Virus genome (UHGV): UHGV-0344409
Direction: 5' to 3' (one strand)
Source: a virus
DNA: 15,727 nucleotides
Shown: positions 12,892 to 15,727 of the stretch, one piece after another
Layout of the letters: each line of letters opens with the position of its first letter
Numbering within the stretch: position 1 is the stretch's first letter
The notes under the pieces: model-generated
Databases searched by the model: none
Seen by the model: the letters and a program-made list of their open reading frames with translations, nothing else
Told to the model about the DNA's origin: nothing
Translations under genes and position numbers: made by a program

Positions 12892-12921
12892 AAAAAAAAG
12901 CCCGCGCCGGGAAGCGCGGGT
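12892..12921 (-). terminator. minus-strand intrinsic terminator facing the copy B terminator
   Basis: A8 run (12892-12899) then GCCCGCGC-cgggaa-GCGCGGGT; on the minus strand this reads as a stem followed by U8. Confidence 0.45.
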
Positions 12922-13121
12922 GGCAAGGAATAAACAACAAAACGTGAAGTGATCAATTTTCAGCTGGCGAATAATACCTGATAGTAATCACTCTGCGCAA
13001 CTGTATGGTCTTTTTCGTATTGCGGGCTGTAGTCATCCTCCTGTTTCTGAACCCTTGTCCATGACTGACGTCAGCCCGCACCTTATCTTGATTGCATACA
13101 CTATCCCTGCCGGGAGGAATA

Positions 13122-15095
13122 ATGGCATTTAAACACTATGACGTGGTCAGGGCATCATCGCCGTCAGACCTCGCAGGAAAACTGACGCAAAAACTGAAGG
13201 AAGGCTGGCAACCCTATGGTAGTCCGATTATCTCAAACGCGGGTTATGGTGCTGAATTTATCCAGGCTATAGTCGCTGAAGGGGATATGACCTCTCCGGT
13301 AGTTTCACCGGGGGGAGATGGTACCCGGACTGTTGTTGTTGAACCAGAATATTACTTTGTCATTGCGCTGGCCGGACAGTCAAACGGCATGGCGTATGGT
13401 GAAGGCCTGCCGCTGCCGGAGACATATGACCGTCCGGACCCGCGTATTAAACAGCTGGCGCGTCGCAGTACGGTGACACCGGGTGGTGCGGCCTGTGCAT
13501 ATAACGACATCATTCCGGCGGACCACTGCCTGCATGATGTGCAGGATTTGAGCCGTTTTTCTCATCCGAAAGCCAGCGCAGAGCAGTATGGGTGTGTCGG
13601 ACAGGGATTGCATATTGCCAAAAAGCTGTTGCCCTTTATGCCGGAAAATGCGGGTATTTTGTTAGTGCCGTGCTGTCGTGGTGGCTCTGCGTTTACAGCC
13701 GGTGCTGACGGAACGTTCAGTGAAAGTTCAGGAGCGTCGGATAAATCTGAACGATGGGGCGTTGATAAGCCGTTGTATAAAGACCTGCTGACACGCACTC
13801 AGGCCGCGCTGAAGGCAAACCCCAAAAACATACTGCTTTGTGTTGTCTGGATGCAGGGCGAGTTTGATTTAAAACAGGGAGCGTACGCCAGTCAGCCCGC
13901 CATGTTTGATGCCATGGTGGAAAAATACCGTTCTGACCTGGCGGGAGTATCCGGTCAGTGCGCTGGTGCTTCTCCTTCTCTGGTGCCCTGGATTTGTGGT
14001 GACACGACGTACTACTGGAAGGAGACGTATTCAGCGCAATACGATGCCGTCTATGGCGCATACAAAACCAAAGCCGGTAAAAATATCTTCTTTGTGCCGT
14101 TTATGATGGATGACAATGGTCAGAAAGTCGGGACCAATGAACCGTCAGAAGACCCGGATATTCCGGCTATCGGGTATTATGGTTCCGGTGGACGAACGGA
14201 TGCGAAGAGCTGGACAACATCCGATCGTAAAACCCACTTTGGTTCATGGGCGCGTCGCGGAATTATTTCCGACCGTCTGGCAACAGCCATTCTTCTGCAT
14301 GTGGGCAGAGTGGCAGATTTTGTTTCCGGGAAAGTGACAAAAGCCGCGGTTTCTTCAGGCGGAGGCGTATCGCAACCAGCACAGGAGAGTGGCGATACTC
14401 AGCCTGAATCCGTTGTCCCGACAAAGATACAGTCAGTGCTGGCTTATGATGCGAATGCGGAAAATGCCGATCTGGCTTCGCAGGGCTGGACGCTGACAGA
14501 TGTCAAAAACACGCTGGTCAGTGACAGTGGTTCAGGTAAAAAAGCCCTTCGTCTTGAAAAACCAGAAAATGGTCTTGCACAGAAAAAGACCTGGAAAGTA
14601 TCGCACGCAATTGATGCCGGTAAGGGGAAGGAGCTGTTCGATAACGGCGGTGAAATCACGCTGCGCTTTAAAATCCCCGATGATGTATCTCTCAATGCTT
14701 CTGCAAATCAATATTCTGCGGGTATTTACTGGCGCGGTAGTGGATGGCCGGGAGCGGAATCAGAGGAGGGTTATATTGCGGCCTTCTATCTGCAGACTGA
14801 TAAAACAAACATCAATGTGATGTATCATGCAAACACCACATCACAGCGGCTTGGTAGTTATGGTCCGTTCGATCACGACTGGCACACGCTGACTTTCCGC
14901 TTCCCGGGTGGTGGCTCGCTGAACGTCACGCCGGTGCTTGATAATGCAGCAGGAAAACCGTTTACGCTGACCAGATGGACGAATGCAGCCTTTGAGGCCA
15001 ACGCGCTGGCAATTACGGATATTACCGGAAATGCGGCAACTTACCCTGTGCTGATTGAAAGTCTTACTGTTGGTGTGAATGCCGTAGCAGCATAA
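13122..15095 (+). CDS. nanS-p: NanS-p-like prophage sialate 9-O-acetylesterase (DUF1737 N-terminus plus SGNH/SASA esterase domain)
   Basis: 657 aa from the ATG at 13122 with GGGAGG 4 nt upstream (track starts at the TTG at 13092); N-terminal MAFKHYDVVRASSPSDLAGKLTQKLKEGWQPYGSPI; GQSN motif in IALAGQSNGMAYGEG; sits where Stx phages carry nanS-p downstream of stx. Confidence 0.8.
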   Translation: MAFKHYDVVRASSPSDLAGKLTQKLKEGWQPYGSPIISNAGYGAEFIQAIVAEGDMTSPVVSPGGDGTRTVVVEPEYYFVIALAGQSNGMAYGEGLPLPETYDRPDPRIKQLARRSTVTPGGAACAYNDIIPADHCLHDVQDLSRFSHPKASAEQYGCVGQGLHIAKKLLPFMPENAGILLVPCCRGGSAFTAGADGTFSESSGASDKSERWGVDKPLYKDLLTRTQAALKANPKNILLCVVWMQGEFDLKQGAYASQPAMFDAMVEKYRSDLAGVSGQCAGASPSLVPWICGDTTYYWKETYSAQYDAVYGAYKTKAGKNIFFVPFMMDDNGQKVGTNEPSEDPDIPAIGYYGSGGRTDAKSWTTSDRKTHFGSWARRGIISDRLATAILLHVGRVADFVSGKVTKAAVSSGGGVSQPAQESGDTQPESVVPTKIQSVLAYDANAENADLASQGWTLTDVKNTLVSDSGSGKKALRLEKPENGLAQKKTWKVSHAIDAGKGKELFDNGGEITLRFKIPDDVSLNASANQYSAGIYWRGSGWPGAESEEGYIAAFYLQTDKTNINVMYHANTTSQRLGSYGPFDHDWHTLTFRFPGGGSLNVTPVLDNAAGKPFTLTRWTNAAFEANALAITDITGNAATYPVLIESLTVGVNAVAA

Positions 15096-15101
15096 CAGAC
15101 G

Positions 15102-15137
15102 AAAAAAACCGCCAGCAACAGGAATGGAGACTGGCGG
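15102..15137 (-). terminator. minus-strand intrinsic terminator just after the nanS-p stop
   Basis: A7 (15102-15108) then CCGCCAG-15 nt loop-CTGGCGG; a terminator with U7 on the minus strand only; the plus-strand reading lacks a U tract. Confidence 0.45.
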
Positions 15138-15235
15138 AGGTAATCCCAATGGAGAATCTAACGAAAGGATGCTTTCGACATCAATCATTTCTAAATGAAA
15201 ACAGTTCTCATTGTCAACAGTAACGGTAATAAACC

Positions 15236-15430
15236 ATGACATTCATCAACCAGTTAATGCTGTACTTCTGTACGGTGGTCTGTGTGTTGTATCTGCTTTC
15301 GGGTGGATACAGGGCAGTACGCGACTTCTGGCGCAGACAGATTGACAAAAGGGCCGCTGAGAAAATCAGCGCCACTCAGTCAGCCGGAGCAAAAACAGAA
15401 GCCCCACTCATTCCGGAACAACCTTCTTAA
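15236..15430 (+). CDS. small predicted membrane protein (64 aa)
   Basis: Single hydrophobic segment LMLYFCTVVCVLYLLSGGY followed by a basic stretch RAVRDFWRRQIDKR; weak RBS. Confidence 0.4.
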   Translation: MTFINQLMLYFCTVVCVLYLLSGGYRAVRDFWRRQIDKRAAEKISATQSAGAKTEAPLIPEQPS

Positions 15431-15455
15431 TAACCCCTTTCAACGAGAAAATCTC

Positions 15456-15727
15456 ATGACAGATATAAAACAACTGGTCACTGCTGAGGCAGTGAAGGAA
15501 GTCATTCGCTCTGAAGAAGTCAGAAGCGTCCTGAAACAAAAACTCCGCCAGAATCTGGAAGAGCGTCTTGATGCAGAAGTGGATTCAATTCTGGATGAAT
15601 TGCTTGGTGCACAGCCGGAACCATCCCCGGAACTGCTTCCGGAACCACAGGCGGAAGATGTCACCACGGAAAATGGTGATATTCAGCCGGAGTCACCGGT
15701 GACGGATATGACAGACACACAACCCGA
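15456..15727 (+). CDS. 5' part of an acidic hypothetical protein running off the right edge
   Basis: ATG at 15456, open for 90 codons to the window end (MTDIKQLVTAEAVKEVIRSEEVRSVLKQKL...); absent from the ORF track because it is incomplete; the antisense ORF 15440..15667 is the alternative. Confidence 0.45.
   Translation, partial: MTDIKQLVTAEAVKEVIRSEEVRSVLKQKLRQNLEERLDAEVDSILDELLGAQPEPSPELLPEPQAEDVTTENGDIQPESPVTDMTDTQP

Noticed and set aside
13380-15242. Minus-strand ORFs 13380..13613, 13562..13798, 13717..14061, 14444..14695 and 14841..15242 and plus-frame ORFs within nanS-p
   Set aside because: Antisense or alternative frames of a 657-aa gene with recognisable esterase motifs.
15440-15667. 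Minus ORF 15440..15667 (75 aa)
   Set aside because: It is antisense to a plus-strand ORF that starts at 15456 and stays open to the window edge; the Ser/Arg-rich translation looks like an artefact. Kept only as the less likely alternative.

Overview
This window reads as a lambdoid (phage-21/lambda-like) prophage segment, running from the leftward early operon to the start of the late region. In order: the 5' end of an IS256-family-like transposase ORF at the left edge; three small leftward ORFs; a phage-21-type N antiterminator with nutL; OL/PL; a small plus-strand moron-like ORF; cI repressor; a three-site OR; cro; nutR; cII; an O-like replication initiator with a DnaT-like C-terminus; a DnaC-like helicase loader; two winged-helix-like ORFs; an opposite-strand cargo block (Zn-ribbon/DUF4145-like gene plus a HigB/HigA-like toxin-antitoxin pair); an ORF6N antirepressor-like gene behind a promoter-leader-terminator unit; the nin region (ninB, ninE, ybcO-like, rusA, ninH); a coupled gene pair at the Q position with a PR'-like promoter and tR'-like terminator; a tRNA-like remnant; a terminator-rich non-coding block holding two copies of a ~220-bp structured element (where Stx phages carry stx); and a nanS-p-like esterase gene. 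The two strongest candidates for something undescribed are the tandem structured non-coding elements at 12.18-12.88 kb and the opposite-strand defence-like cargo at 6.7-8.3 kb. All protein identifications rest on motifs recalled from memory; no database search was possible.
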